From Bdellovibrionales bacterium (GTDB lineage: Bacteria; Bdellovibrionota; UBA1018; CAIMNF01): 24,273 bases of DNA. Below the pieces are notes generated by a model. That model had not been told where the DNA came from and ran no database searches. It saw nothing but the letters and a program-made list of their open reading frames with translations. Made by a program: the position numbers and the translations under genes. Positions 16,181 through 24,273 of the stretch are shown piece after piece (within the stretch, counting starts at the first letter, position 1; each line of letters opens with the position of its first letter). The stretch lies in the NCBI GenBank assembly GCA_040380025.1, contig JBEIJY010000035.1:1-24273 (forward strand). The letters run 5' to 3'.

Positions 16181-16780
16181 TTACTTCTTCGCGACTGGCT
16201 TTCCGGCCTCGACCTTCAGGTCGATGGAAACTTCGTCTCCGACCACGGGACCGGCTTCGACCATCTTGCTCCAAGTGAGTCCGAAGTCCTTGCGATTGAT
16301 CTTGCCGCTTACGCGGAAGGCGATCTTGGTGTTGCCAAACGGATCATTGACCACGCCAAGGTACTTCCCTTGCAGAGTTACGGGCTTCGTGACTCCATGA
16401 AGGGTGAGATCTCCGGTGACCTTCAACGCGTCGGGCTTGCCGGTGACGGATTTCGAAACAAAGGTCATCTCGGGGTATTTTGCGCTGTCAAAAAAGTCGG
16501 CGCCGGCGAGGTGCTTGTCGCGATCGGTGTTTCCGGTGCTGACCGAAGAGGTATCGATCTTCGCTGCAATGCGGGTGTCTTCGAGCTTCTTGCCCATCTC
16601 GACTTCGCCCGAGACCTTGTCAAAGCGGCCCTCGACCGAGGCGATCACAAGATGACTCACTTCGAAGCCGATCTTGCTGTGATTCGCATCGAGAGAGTAT
16701 TTTCCTTCCTCGATTTTCGCGGTGCTGGCGAACGAAGCCTGGGCGATGATGGCGGACAAAAGAACAAACGTACGTTTCAT
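16181..16780 (-). CDS. yceI: YceI family lipid/polyisoprenoid-binding periplasmic protein
   Basis: Signal peptide, YSLDANHSKIGFEVSHL, VEGRF, SVSTGNTDRDKHL..DFFD..KYPEMTF, GDLTLHGVTKPV and INRKDFGL. AGGAGG RBS. Confidence 0.95.
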   Translation of the reverse strand: MKRTFVLLSAIIAQASFASTAKIEEGKYSLDANHSKIGFEVSHLVIASVEGRFDKVSGEVEMGKKLEDTRIAAKIDTSSVSTGNTDRDKHLAGADFFDSAKYPEMTFVSKSVTGKPDALKVTGDLTLHGVTKPVTLQGKYLGVVNDPFGNTKIAFRVSGKINRKDFGLTWSKMVEAGPVVGDEVSIDLKVEAGKPVAKK

Positions 16781-16886
16781 GGATCCTCCTTATTTTAGGA
16801 TGGGTTTTACGGTCGAAACCGTATGGCAAGCATGAAGTATGAACAAAAGAACCAAAGCTGACTAGTGGAAACAATCAAAACAAAGC

Positions 16887-16904
16887 GTTCCACAAACGGA
16901 ACAA
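16887..16904. promoter_or_regulatory. Second LysR-type box upstream of yceI
   Basis: GTTCC-ACAAAC-GGAACAA has the same GTTCC-N6-GGAAC core as 15272-15291. An extra half-site GGAAACAAT lies at 16867-16875. Confidence 0.6.
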
Positions 16905-17672
16905 TCAGGTTTTCTCGCCCGGCTCCAGCTCGTCCGAGAACTTCTGGTTGTCGATGCCCAGAATCTGCCCCATCAGAATGCGGACGCAATCCTTGATCCA
17001 GAGTTTGTCGGAGTCCGAGATCGCCACAATCTTGATTCCGGCCGATTCGGCCCCGTGGACCGCCACCACATTCAAACCGACCGGCATCTCACGATTCAAA
17101 ACCTTCAAAACCGCCTGTTTCATCCGGAATCCGGGCACCATGAATTCCGAATCCCCGGGCTCGAGCGCGATCCGCATGCCCTCCCGGCTCAGATCCCTGA
17201 GTTTTCGCACCACAGGACCTTTTTCGGTCTGAAACCGAAGCTCCGCAGGAAAACTATCATTGAAAGGAATCCGGATGAATTTCCGACGATGGCTTTTCAG
17301 CAGCCTCCCCGGAAAAGGGATCCGCAGAAGCCTCTGTCCGTTCTGATATTCCACCTTCATCCGACTTGCGAGGAACATCACCTTGAACTGCAAGAGGGTC
17401 AGGGTGACAAACGCCTCCATGCCGGAATAGCGCTCCACCGAATCGAGCACGCGATTGGTGTGGGCGGAGGAGGCGGCAACACTCCTTGCGATGAAGCCGT
17501 CCGCGATCTCGCCACCCGAGAAAAACTGGAAAGGAAGTTCTTTTTTTTCTCCCGAGAAAAGAATGGTGCCCTTGGGCTTCAGGTTCTTCAGCTCGAAATG
17601 CACGAGCCCGAGCTGGTAGGCATCCGAAATGTCGGTCACTCCTTCCGGAATCGGGAACGGGGACTTACTCAT
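16905..17672 (-). CDS. PilZ domain c-di-GMP receptor (YcgR-like architecture)
   Basis: HRRKFIRIP (RxxxR) and RDLSREGMRI (DxSxxG) preceded by an about 125-aa N-terminal domain. 8-nt overlap with the upstream gene. Confidence 0.88.
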   Translation of the reverse strand: MSKSPFPIPEGVTDISDAYQLGLVHFELKNLKPKGTILFSGEKKELPFQFFSGGEIADGFIARSVAASSAHTNRVLDSVERYSGMEAFVTLTLLQFKVMFLASRMKVEYQNGQRLLRIPFPGRLLKSHRRKFIRIPFNDSFPAELRFQTEKGPVVRKLRDLSREGMRIALEPGDSEFMVPGFRMKQAVLKVLNREMPVGLNVVAVHGAESAGIKIVAISDSDKLWIKDCVRILMGQILGIDNQKFSDELEPGEKT

Positions 17673-18126
17673 TCTCGCGTCTTTCCTTCGAGCTCTTCAC
17701 GAGCCGGTTGAAGGACTCGGCAAGCTCGGGGAAGAAATCGCCCCGCCGGAAGTGGATCTCATGGAGTTTGACCGGCTCGGAGGAACTCATGAGATTCAAT
17801 TCTTTCTGCATCCGGTAAATGGGACCTGCGATTTTATGCGACACAAAAAGGCCTCCCAGAATCAGAATCAACCCCACCAGAATGGCAATGGCGAGGATCA
17901 CCTGCTTGAACGTGCCCTCTTGCATCCTCAGGAACTCGAAATACACGTGATCGGGCGGGAGGCCGAGCTCGGTTCCGACGCGAACAAACTGATCAAACCC
18001 GTACGAAATCAAAAGATAAATCACCCCCGGAAGCAGGGCAGAAACCCCGGTCGCGTAGCCGACCAAAGTCCACTGGAACCTCGGGTTGATCAGAATGGAC
18101 CGTCTTTTGCCTTTTTTTGATTCCAT
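17665..18126 (-). CDS. Two-TM membrane protein with C-terminal HAMP-like segment
   Basis: MESKKGKRRSILINPRFQW, two TM helices, then SHKIAGPIYRM...IHFRRGDFFPELAESFN. No output domain. Confidence 0.8.
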   Translation of the reverse strand: MESKKGKRRSILINPRFQWTLVGYATGVSALLPGVIYLLISYGFDQFVRVGTELGLPPDHVYFEFLRMQEGTFKQVILAIAILVGLILILGGLFVSHKIAGPIYRMQKELNLMSSSEPVKLHEIHFRRGDFFPELAESFNRLVKSSKERRENE

Positions 18127-18199
18127 CAGTCTTGAGTATCTCAGGCTGAGTCCTTGATTTTCAATGAAAAATTGCGTTTTCTGGTGTACGTTCGCCCCC

Positions 18200-20071
18200 A
18201 TGTCTTTTTTTCAAAATGACCCCCTCCCCCGGCATCCGGTTTTTGACGGCGGAGTGGCGACCGAACTCTATGAGCGTGGATTTTACATTAACCGTCTTTA
18301 TGAGGAGCTGAACCTCTCGAACCCCAAAGATGTGGCGGCGGTTCATGAGAGTTATATCGATGCGGGAGCGAAGGTCATCACCACGAACACCTTCTCGCTC
18401 CTCTCGCCCCAGCTCGCGAAACACGACCTTGCGCCAAAACAACGGGAACTCCTGCATGCGGCGATCGAGGTCGCGGCAGAGGCCGTGAGGAACAAAAAGA
18501 CCGACACGAAGATCGGCCTCTCCTTCGGCCCCATGAGCGTGCTGATCGAGCCCCTCGGACCGACCTCGCGCGAAGAGGTGCGCACCGAATACGAGACGCT
18601 GGCGCGATTCGCGCTCGAGGTGCCCAAATTCGACCTGTACCTGCTCGAAACCTTCTCGAACTTGGATGAGCTGGAGTGCGCGATCGAGGGAATCCGGAGG
18701 GTGGATTCCACGACTCCGATCCTGGCCTCGATCACCACGATGAGCACCGAGAAGCGCTTCATCGAGGAATTCGCCCGCCGGATCGGAGAGCGCACGGATG
18801 TGCAATACCTGGGCCTCAACTGCTCGGAGGGTCCTCAGGATTTGCTGCAATCGCTGAAAATCCTGCGGCCGCTCACCGCAAAGTCCATCATCGTCCAGCC
18901 GAATGCCGGGATTCCACGCACAATCAACGGCCGCTATTTTTACATGACCTCCCCCGACTACATGGCCAAGCACGCCAAACGCTTCATCGAAGCGGGCGCG
19001 CGTGGCGTGGGCGGGTGTTGCGGAACAGGTCCGGCTCACATCCAAGCCATCGCCCAATCCGTGCGGATGATGGACGCCAAGGCTCCCGGAACCGAAGAGA
19101 GCATGCCCTTCCAAATGGGCCGGATCACGATCGAAGAAAAAATCCCTTCGGTGCGACGCCCGCTTTCGGAGCGGACCCCCTCGCGGATCGGGCAAACGCT
19201 TGCGACCGGAAAAAAAGTGATCTCGATCGAGCTCACCTCGCCGCGGGGCACGGATCTTTCGCGGTTCTTCTCTTCGATCGAGAAAGTCCGCGCCGCAGGC
19301 GTTGATTTCGTGAACGTTCCGGATGGTGCTCGCGCCTCGACCCGCGTGAGCTCGCTCCATCTCGCCTCCAAAATCAACTCCGATCCTTCGTTCGGCGTCA
19401 CCGTGATTCCCCACTTCACCACCCGTGACCGGAACCTGATCGCGCTTCAGTCCGATCTGCTCGGAGCGTCCATCAACGGGGTGCATGATGTTCTTTTGAT
19501 CACCGGGGACCCGCCGAAGCTCGGAAACAGCAAAGAAGCGACTCCGGTATATGACATCGACTCGATCGGGCTCACCTGGCTTGTCGATCGATTGAACCAG
19601 GGACTGACCCCGCGCGGAGACGCGCTGGGATCGCGCACGGACTTTGCGATCGGAGTCGCCGCAAACCCGACTGCGATCAATCTTGAACTTGAGATCCGGC
19701 GCTGGAAGTACAAGGTCGAATCGGGCGCAGATTTCGCCGTCACACAGCCTGTCTATGAGGCCGGGACGTTCCTGCGTTGGAAGGATTCGATCGGTGCGGA
19801 ATACCGCCCCCACATCATCGGAATCTGGCCGTTTGTGAGCTTCAAAAACGCCGAGTTCATGGCGCACGAGGTGCCCGGGGTCCATGTGCCGGCCTGGGCG
19901 CTCGAGAAAATGGCCGCAACACGCGACAAGCCCGAGGACGCGGTGAAAACCGGAATCGAAATTGCGGCCCGGATCATGCGCGAGCTCTCGAATGAGTGCG
20001 AGGGGTTTGCGATCAGCGCTCCGCTCGGACGCGTGGAAGTGGCGTTGGAGGTTTTGAAATGTCTCGGTTAG
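18200..20071 (+). CDS. yitJ: Bifunctional homocysteine S-methyltransferase / 5,10-methylenetetrahydrofolate reductase
   Basis: [39 protein letters not shown] and GGCCGTGP in the Hcy domain. [33 protein letters not shown] and GADFAVTQP in the MTHFR domain. ATG 18200 is preferred over 18164. Confidence 0.93.
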   Translation: MSFFQNDPLPRHPVFDGGVATELYERGFYINRLYEELNLSNPKDVAAVHESYIDAGAKVITTNTFSLLSPQLAKHDLAPKQRELLHAAIEVAAEAVRNKKTDTKIGLSFGPMSVLIEPLGPTSREEVRTEYETLARFALEVPKFDLYLLETFSNLDELECAIEGIRRVDSTTPILASITTMSTEKRFIEEFARRIGERTDVQYLGLNCSEGPQDLLQSLKILRPLTAKSIIVQPNAGIPRTINGRYFYMTSPDYMAKHAKRFIEAGARGVGGCCGTGPAHIQAIAQSVRMMDAKAPGTEESMPFQMGRITIEEKIPSVRRPLSERTPSRIGQTLATGKKVISIELTSPRGTDLSRFFSSIEKVRAAGVDFVNVPDGARASTRVSSLHLASKINSDPSFGVTVIPHFTTRDRNLIALQSDLLGASINGVHDVLLITGDPPKLGNSKEATPVYDIDSIGLTWLVDRLNQGLTPRGDALGSRTDFAIGVAANPTAINLELEIRRWKYKVESGADFAVTQPVYEAGTFLRWKDSIGAEYRPHIIGIWPFVSFKNAEFMAHEVPGVHVPAWALEKMAATRDKPEDAVKTGIEIAARIMRELSNECEGFAISAPLGRVEVALEVLKCLG

Positions 20072-23000
20072 AAGCTCTTTTGAAAGAACGGATCCTCGTG
20101 CTCGATGGAGCCATGGGGTCGATGATCCAGCAATTCAAGCTGACCGAAGAGGATTACCGCGGCGAGCGGTTCCGGGATTTCTCGCGGGACCTCAAGGGAA
20201 ACAACGATCTTCTCGTGCTGACGAAGCCCGAGGTCATCCGCTCGATCCATCTTGATTATCTTCGGGCCGGGGCCGACATCATCGAGACGAATACCTTCAA
20301 TGGCACCTCGATCGCCCAGAGCGACTACGGGCTCCAGTCGATCGTGTATGAGATGAACCGTGCCGCCGCAACTCTGGCGCGCGAAGCCTGCGATCAGGTC
20401 ATGCGCGAGGCAAAAGAACGCGGTGAGACCCGCGAGTGCTTTGTCGCGGGAGCCGTGGGCCCCACCAACAAGACCGCATCGCTCTCGCCTGATGTCAACC
20501 GGCCCGAGTACCGTGCGGTCAGCTTTGACGAGCTGAAAGACGCCTATCGCGAGCAGATCGAGGGGCTGGTCGACGGGGGATCGGATGCGCTCTTGTTCGA
20601 GACGACGTTTGACACCTTGAACCTGAAGGCCGCGGTTTTTGCGTATCAGGAATACAATGACGCGAACCCCGATCGGAAGCTTCCGATCCTCCTTTCGGCC
20701 ACGATCACTGATCAATCCGGCCGCACTCTCTCGGGGCAAACGATCGAGGCGTTCTGGATCTCGATTGCCCATGCGCGCCCGCTCTCGGTCGGGATCAACT
20801 GCGCCTTGGGCGCAAAAGAGATGCGCCCTTACATCTCAGCACTTTCAGACATCGCGGAGTGCGCCATCAGCTGTTACCCGAATGCGGGACTCCCGAACCC
20901 GCTTGCTCCGACCGGCTACGACGAAACACCCGAGATGCTGGCCTCAACCCTGCGTGAGTTCGCTGAAGCGGGTCTTCTGAACATCGTGGGCGGTTGCTGC
21001 GGCACCACTCCGGATCACATTCGCGCCATCGCAGAGACCGTGCGCGAGTATCGCCCGAGGATCCCTGCTCCTTCAAAAGCCCGCGAGGTGCTCTCGCTTT
21101 CGGGGCTTGAGCCCATGATTCACCGCCCGGGCGAGAACGGGTTTCTCGTGATCGGAGAGCGCACGAATGTCATGGGTTCTCCGAAGTTCGCGGAACTCAT
21201 CCGAAGCGGAAAGTTCGATGAAGCCCAACGGGTCGCCAAGCAACAGGTCGAAAACGGCGCAAACCTGATCGACATTTGCTTTGATGAGGCGCTTCTGGAT
21301 GCCGAATCCTCGATGGTGCGGTTTTTGAACCTTCTTGCCTCCGACCCTGATATCTCGCGCATTCCCTTCATGATCGACAGCTCGAAGTGGACCGTGCTTG
21401 AGGCGGGGCTGAAGTGCATGCAAGGGAAAGGTGTTGTGAACTCGATCTCGTTGAAAGAGGGCGAAGCGGCATTCCTTCAGCATGCCGAAAAGGTCCGTCG
21501 CTATGGCGCCGCTGTGGTCGTGATGGCATTTGACGAAAAGGGCCAGGCCGCGACCTTCGAGGACAAGGTCCGCATCTGTGAGCGCTCCTACAAGCTCCTG
21601 ACCGAACGCTGCGGGTTTCACCCTTCGGACATTATTTTTGATGCGAACGTGCTTACGGTCGCTACCGGCATGGAGGAGCACGACGGATACGCTCTCGACT
21701 TCATCCGGGCCGCGGCCGAGATCAAGGCCCGATGCCCGGGTGCGCGCACAAGCGGCGGGATCTCGAACGTATCGTTCTCGTTTCGCGGCAACAACACCGT
21801 TCGCGAGGCCATGCACTCGGTGTTTTTGTACCATGCGATCAAAGCGGGCCTCGACATGGCGATCGTGAATGCGGGAATGATCACCGTGTACGACGACATC
21901 GAGCCCGAGCTGAGGGAGCTCGTGACGGATGTGATCCTCAATCGGGCTCCCGGCGCATCGGAGCGCCTGACCGAGTATGCCGAACGGGTCAAGGGTTCGG
22001 GGGGTGCTGCCTCGGCGAAATCCGGCTCTGCGTCCCAGAAGAACGCATGGAGATCTTTCTCGCTCGAAAAACGGATCGAACACGCGCTCGTTCACGGCAT
22101 CACGGACTTCATCGATCAGGACACCGAGGAAGCACGTCAAAAATACGGCAAGCCTCTTCATGTGATCGAAGGCCCGCTCATGGACGGCATGAAGGTCGTG
22201 GGCGAGCTCTTTGGCGCAGGAAAGATGTTCCTCCCCCAGGTCGTGAAAAGCGCGCGCTCGATGAAAAAAGCCGTGGCCTACCTGACCCCCTTCATGGATG
22301 CCGAGAAAAGCGCCACAGGCGCGGTCCAGACCCAAGGCACGTTTGTCATTGCAACCGTGAAGGGCGACGTGCACGACATCGGCAAGAACATTGTCTCGGT
22401 CGTGCTCTCGTGCAATGGCTATCGCGTGATCGATCTCGGTGTCATGGTTTCCTGCGAGGAGATTCTGAAGGTCGCCCGGAGCGAGAATGCGGATTTTGTG
22501 GGCCTGAGCGGCCTCATCACACCCTCGCTCGACGAGATGATCCATGTGGCAAAAGAGATGAACCGGCAGGGGTTCGAAGTTCCGCTTCTGATCGGAGGCG
22601 CCACCACCTCGCCTGCCCATACGGCGATCAAGATGGCCTCGCACTACGACCACCCGATGGTGCAAGTGGGGGATGCCTCGCTTGTGGTCGAGGTCTGCAC
22701 GAAGCTCCGGAGCCCGACCCTTCGGGAAGAGTACGTGCGCGCGCTCCGCGAATCGCAGGCAAAACTGAAAGAGAGCCATGAGCGGAACCGCGGCCAGAGT
22801 TCGTTTTTGCCGCTTGCGGATGCCCGCAAAAAACGTTTTCCCATCGACTGGAAAGCATTCCATCCCCCTGCTCCCCCGTTCACGGGTACGAAGGTTCTCG
22901 AGTCCATCCCGCTCGAAGAGGTGGCGGAGTTCATCGACTGGTCTCCGTTTTTTTGGAGCTGGGAGCTGAAGGGCAAGTATCCGGCCATCTTGAACCATCC

Positions 23001-23754
23001 GGTCCACGGAGAGCAGGCAAGCCAGCTCTTCCAGGATGCAAAAGTGATTCTCCAGAAGATCATCCGCGAGAAGCGCTTCACACTGAAAGCCGTTTACGGA
23101 TACTACCCGGCAAATCAGGTCCGGGACGAGGACGTTCTTCTTCATGGCGACGGAACAAGCGCAAAATTCCATTTTTTGCGCCAGCAAAAAGAAAAGGTGG
23201 GCGATCAGACATACTACTCGCTTGCGGACTTCATCGCGCCCGAGTCGTCCGGGATCCGCGATATTTTAGGCGTGTTCTGCGTGACCGCAGGCCCCGGGGT
23301 CGAGGAGCTCTCGCAGGAATTCCTGGCCCAACACGACGACTACAGCTCGATCATCGTGAAAGCGATCGGTGATCGCTTTGCCGAAGCGGCGGCCGAATGG
23401 CTCCATGCGAAGGTGCGGCGCGAGACGGGAGTGCGCGAATCGCTCTCGGTTCAAGAAATGATCGAAGAAAAATATGAGGGAATCCGTCCTGCGCTCGGTT
23501 ACCCCGCCTGCCCCGATCACAGCGAGAAGGAGACTCTTTGGAAGCTTCTTCGCGCGGATGAGCGGATCGGTGTGAGCCTGACGACGAGCTTTGCGATGAC
23601 GCCTCCGTCTTCGGTATCGGGTATTTATTTCTTTCACCCCGAGGCGCGGTACTTCAATGTGGGGCCGATCCACGAAGAGCAACTGATCGACTACGCCAAA
23701 CGAAAAGACGTTCCCCTTGCGCGCGCCCGCGAGCTCCTGGCGCCCAATCTATGA
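20059..23754 (+). CDS. metH: Cobalamin-dependent methionine synthase
   Basis: [73 protein letters not shown] (B12 His), SGLITPSL and [15 protein letters not shown]20059 follows GGAGG and overlaps the yitJ end. Confidence 0.98.
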   Translation: MSRLEALLKERILVLDGAMGSMIQQFKLTEEDYRGERFRDFSRDLKGNNDLLVLTKPEVIRSIHLDYLRAGADIIETNTFNGTSIAQSDYGLQSIVYEMNRAAATLAREACDQVMREAKERGETRECFVAGAVGPTNKTASLSPDVNRPEYRAVSFDELKDAYREQIEGLVDGGSDALLFETTFDTLNLKAAVFAYQEYNDANPDRKLPILLSATITDQSGRTLSGQTIEAFWISIAHARPLSVGINCALGAKEMRPYISALSDIAECAISCYPNAGLPNPLAPTGYDETPEMLASTLREFAEAGLLNIVGGCCGTTPDHIRAIAETVREYRPRIPAPSKAREVLSLSGLEPMIHRPGENGFLVIGERTNVMGSPKFAELIRSGKFDEAQRVAKQQVENGANLIDICFDEALLDAESSMVRFLNLLASDPDISRIPFMIDSSKWTVLEAGLKCMQGKGVVNSISLKEGEAAFLQHAEKVRRYGAAVVVMAFDEKGQAATFEDKVRICERSYKLLTERCGFHPSDIIFDANVLTVATGMEEHDGYALDFIRAAAEIKARCPGARTSGGISNVSFSFRGNNTVREAMHSVFLYHAIKAGLDMAIVNAGMITVYDDIEPELRELVTDVILNRAPGASERLTEYAERVKGSGGAASAKSGSASQKNAWRSFSLEKRIEHALVHGITDFIDQDTEEARQKYGKPLHVIEGPLMDGMKVVGELFGAGKMFLPQVVKSARSMKKAVAYLTPFMDAEKSATGAVQTQGTFVIATVKGDVHDIGKNIVSVVLSCNGYRVIDLGVMVSCEEILKVARSENADFVGLSGLITPSLDEMIHVAKEMNRQGFEVPLLIGGATTSPAHTAIKMASHYDHPMVQVGDASLVVEVCTKLRSPTLREEYVRALRESQAKLKESHERNRGQSSFLPLADARKKRFPIDWKAFHPPAPPFTGTKVLESIPLEEVAEFIDWSPFFWSWELKGKYPAILNHPVHGEQASQLFQDAKVILQKIIREKRFTLKAVYGYYPANQVRDEDVLLHGDGTSAKFHFLRQQKEKVGDQTYYSLADFIAPESSGIRDILGVFCVTAGPGVEELSQEFLAQHDDYSSIIVKAIGDRFAEAAAEWLHAKVRRETGVRESLSVQEMIEEKYEGIRPALGYPACPDHSEKETLWKLLRADERIGVSLTTSFAMTPPSSVSGIYFFHPEARYFNVGPIHEEQLIDYAKRKDVPLARARELLAPNL

Positions 23755-24098
23755 GTCCCGTTCCCGTAAACTCCGATCTTGCCTCCCGGGTTGACCGGGA
23801 ACTTGCCAGAATGGCAGCCCCGGCCGCCCTTCGGGAGCAGTTCCATGCGGCCCCGGCCGAATGGCTCGCGCAATTCGCAGACGGCGTCGATCAGAGCCCG
23901 TATTCGCTCATTGAGTGGCTGGATGCGCTCGTGCGGTTCTCGGTCTGGGAAGAAAAACACAAGCGCCCGCTCTTGCTCGAAAGAAAGCAAGAATACCTTT
24001 TGTGCTGCATTGAGGGCACAGGAACACGCGCCCCGAGAATCGGCCTCGCGGATGCGCTTGAGCATTACTTGAACACGAACGGAGTCCGCGAGGACTGA
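23751..24098 (+). CDS. Hypothetical protein (115 aa), translationally coupled to metH
   Basis: ATGA overlap with the metH stop. Helical-looking sequence (EYLLCCIEG...[10 protein letters not shown]). No domain recognised. Confidence 0.7.
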   Translation: MSPVPVNSDLASRVDRELARMAAPAALREQFHAAPAEWLAQFADGVDQSPYSLIEWLDALVRFSVWEEKHKRPLLLERKQEYLLCCIEGTGTRAPRIGLADALEHYLNTNGVRED

Positions 24099-24170
24099 GA
24101 TCCGAGTAGCCGAGAGTTCTTACAAACTGTTTGTTTGATCGGGATTGGTGATGGAGGTGGACCGGGAGAG

Positions 24171-24273
24171 GCCTCTGGAATAATTCAGTTTTTGCCGACT
24201 CTCGCGAGCCAGGATGGCGAAAGCGAGGCCGGACGACCCGGCATGGAGGTAAAAACGGAATTATTCCAGAGGC
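24171..24273. mobile_element. MITE-like / structured repeat with 26-bp terminal inverted repeats
   Basis: GCCTCTGGAATAATTCAGTTTTTGCC (24171-24196) pairs with GGTAAAAACGGAATTATTCCAGAGGC (24248-24273) at 24/26, and the outer 16 are perfect. Non-coding interior with nested hairpins. Runs to the window edge. Confidence 0.65.

Noticed and set aside
24171..24273. tRNA, CRISPR repeat or simple terminator reading of the terminal hairpin
   Set aside because: There is no T-loop GTTC or CCA, no repeat-spacer array, and no U-tract directly after a short stem.

Overview
A 24.3 kb GC-rich bacterial chromosomal segment, probably from a Bdellovibrionota-like (deltaproteobacterial) organism. This is inferred from an FQNC-type lipoprotein signal, the KRR..INPRFQ HAMP-like membrane protein and many orphan secreted proteins. 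Recognisable genes are panD, a half-size TauE/SafE exporter, a cyclophilin-btpA-tyrosine recombinase cluster, a PiT phosphate transporter, a YbjT-like NAD(P)-binding protein, a pirin/LysR/YceI module, a PilZ protein and a yitJ-metH methionine operon. These are interspersed with secreted orphans: a beta-rich protein, a Cys-hairpin mini-protein, a 1091-aa protein with a C-terminal FGE/C-lectin-fold domain, a basic Ala/Lys peptide and a double ricin-B lectin lipoprotein. The most interesting signal is a tyrosine recombinase with a Cre/Flp-type Trp in place of the usual second His. It lies about 160 bp from a near-perfect 11-6-11 dif-like palindrome, making a candidate single-recombinase resolution system in a housekeeping context. 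Also notable are a structured MITE-like element with 26-bp inverted ends at the right edge (with a related fragment at the left edge), a shared LysR box before pirin and yceI, and a degenerate UbiB/ABC1-like protein. No rRNA, tRNA, CRISPR array or transposase was seen.
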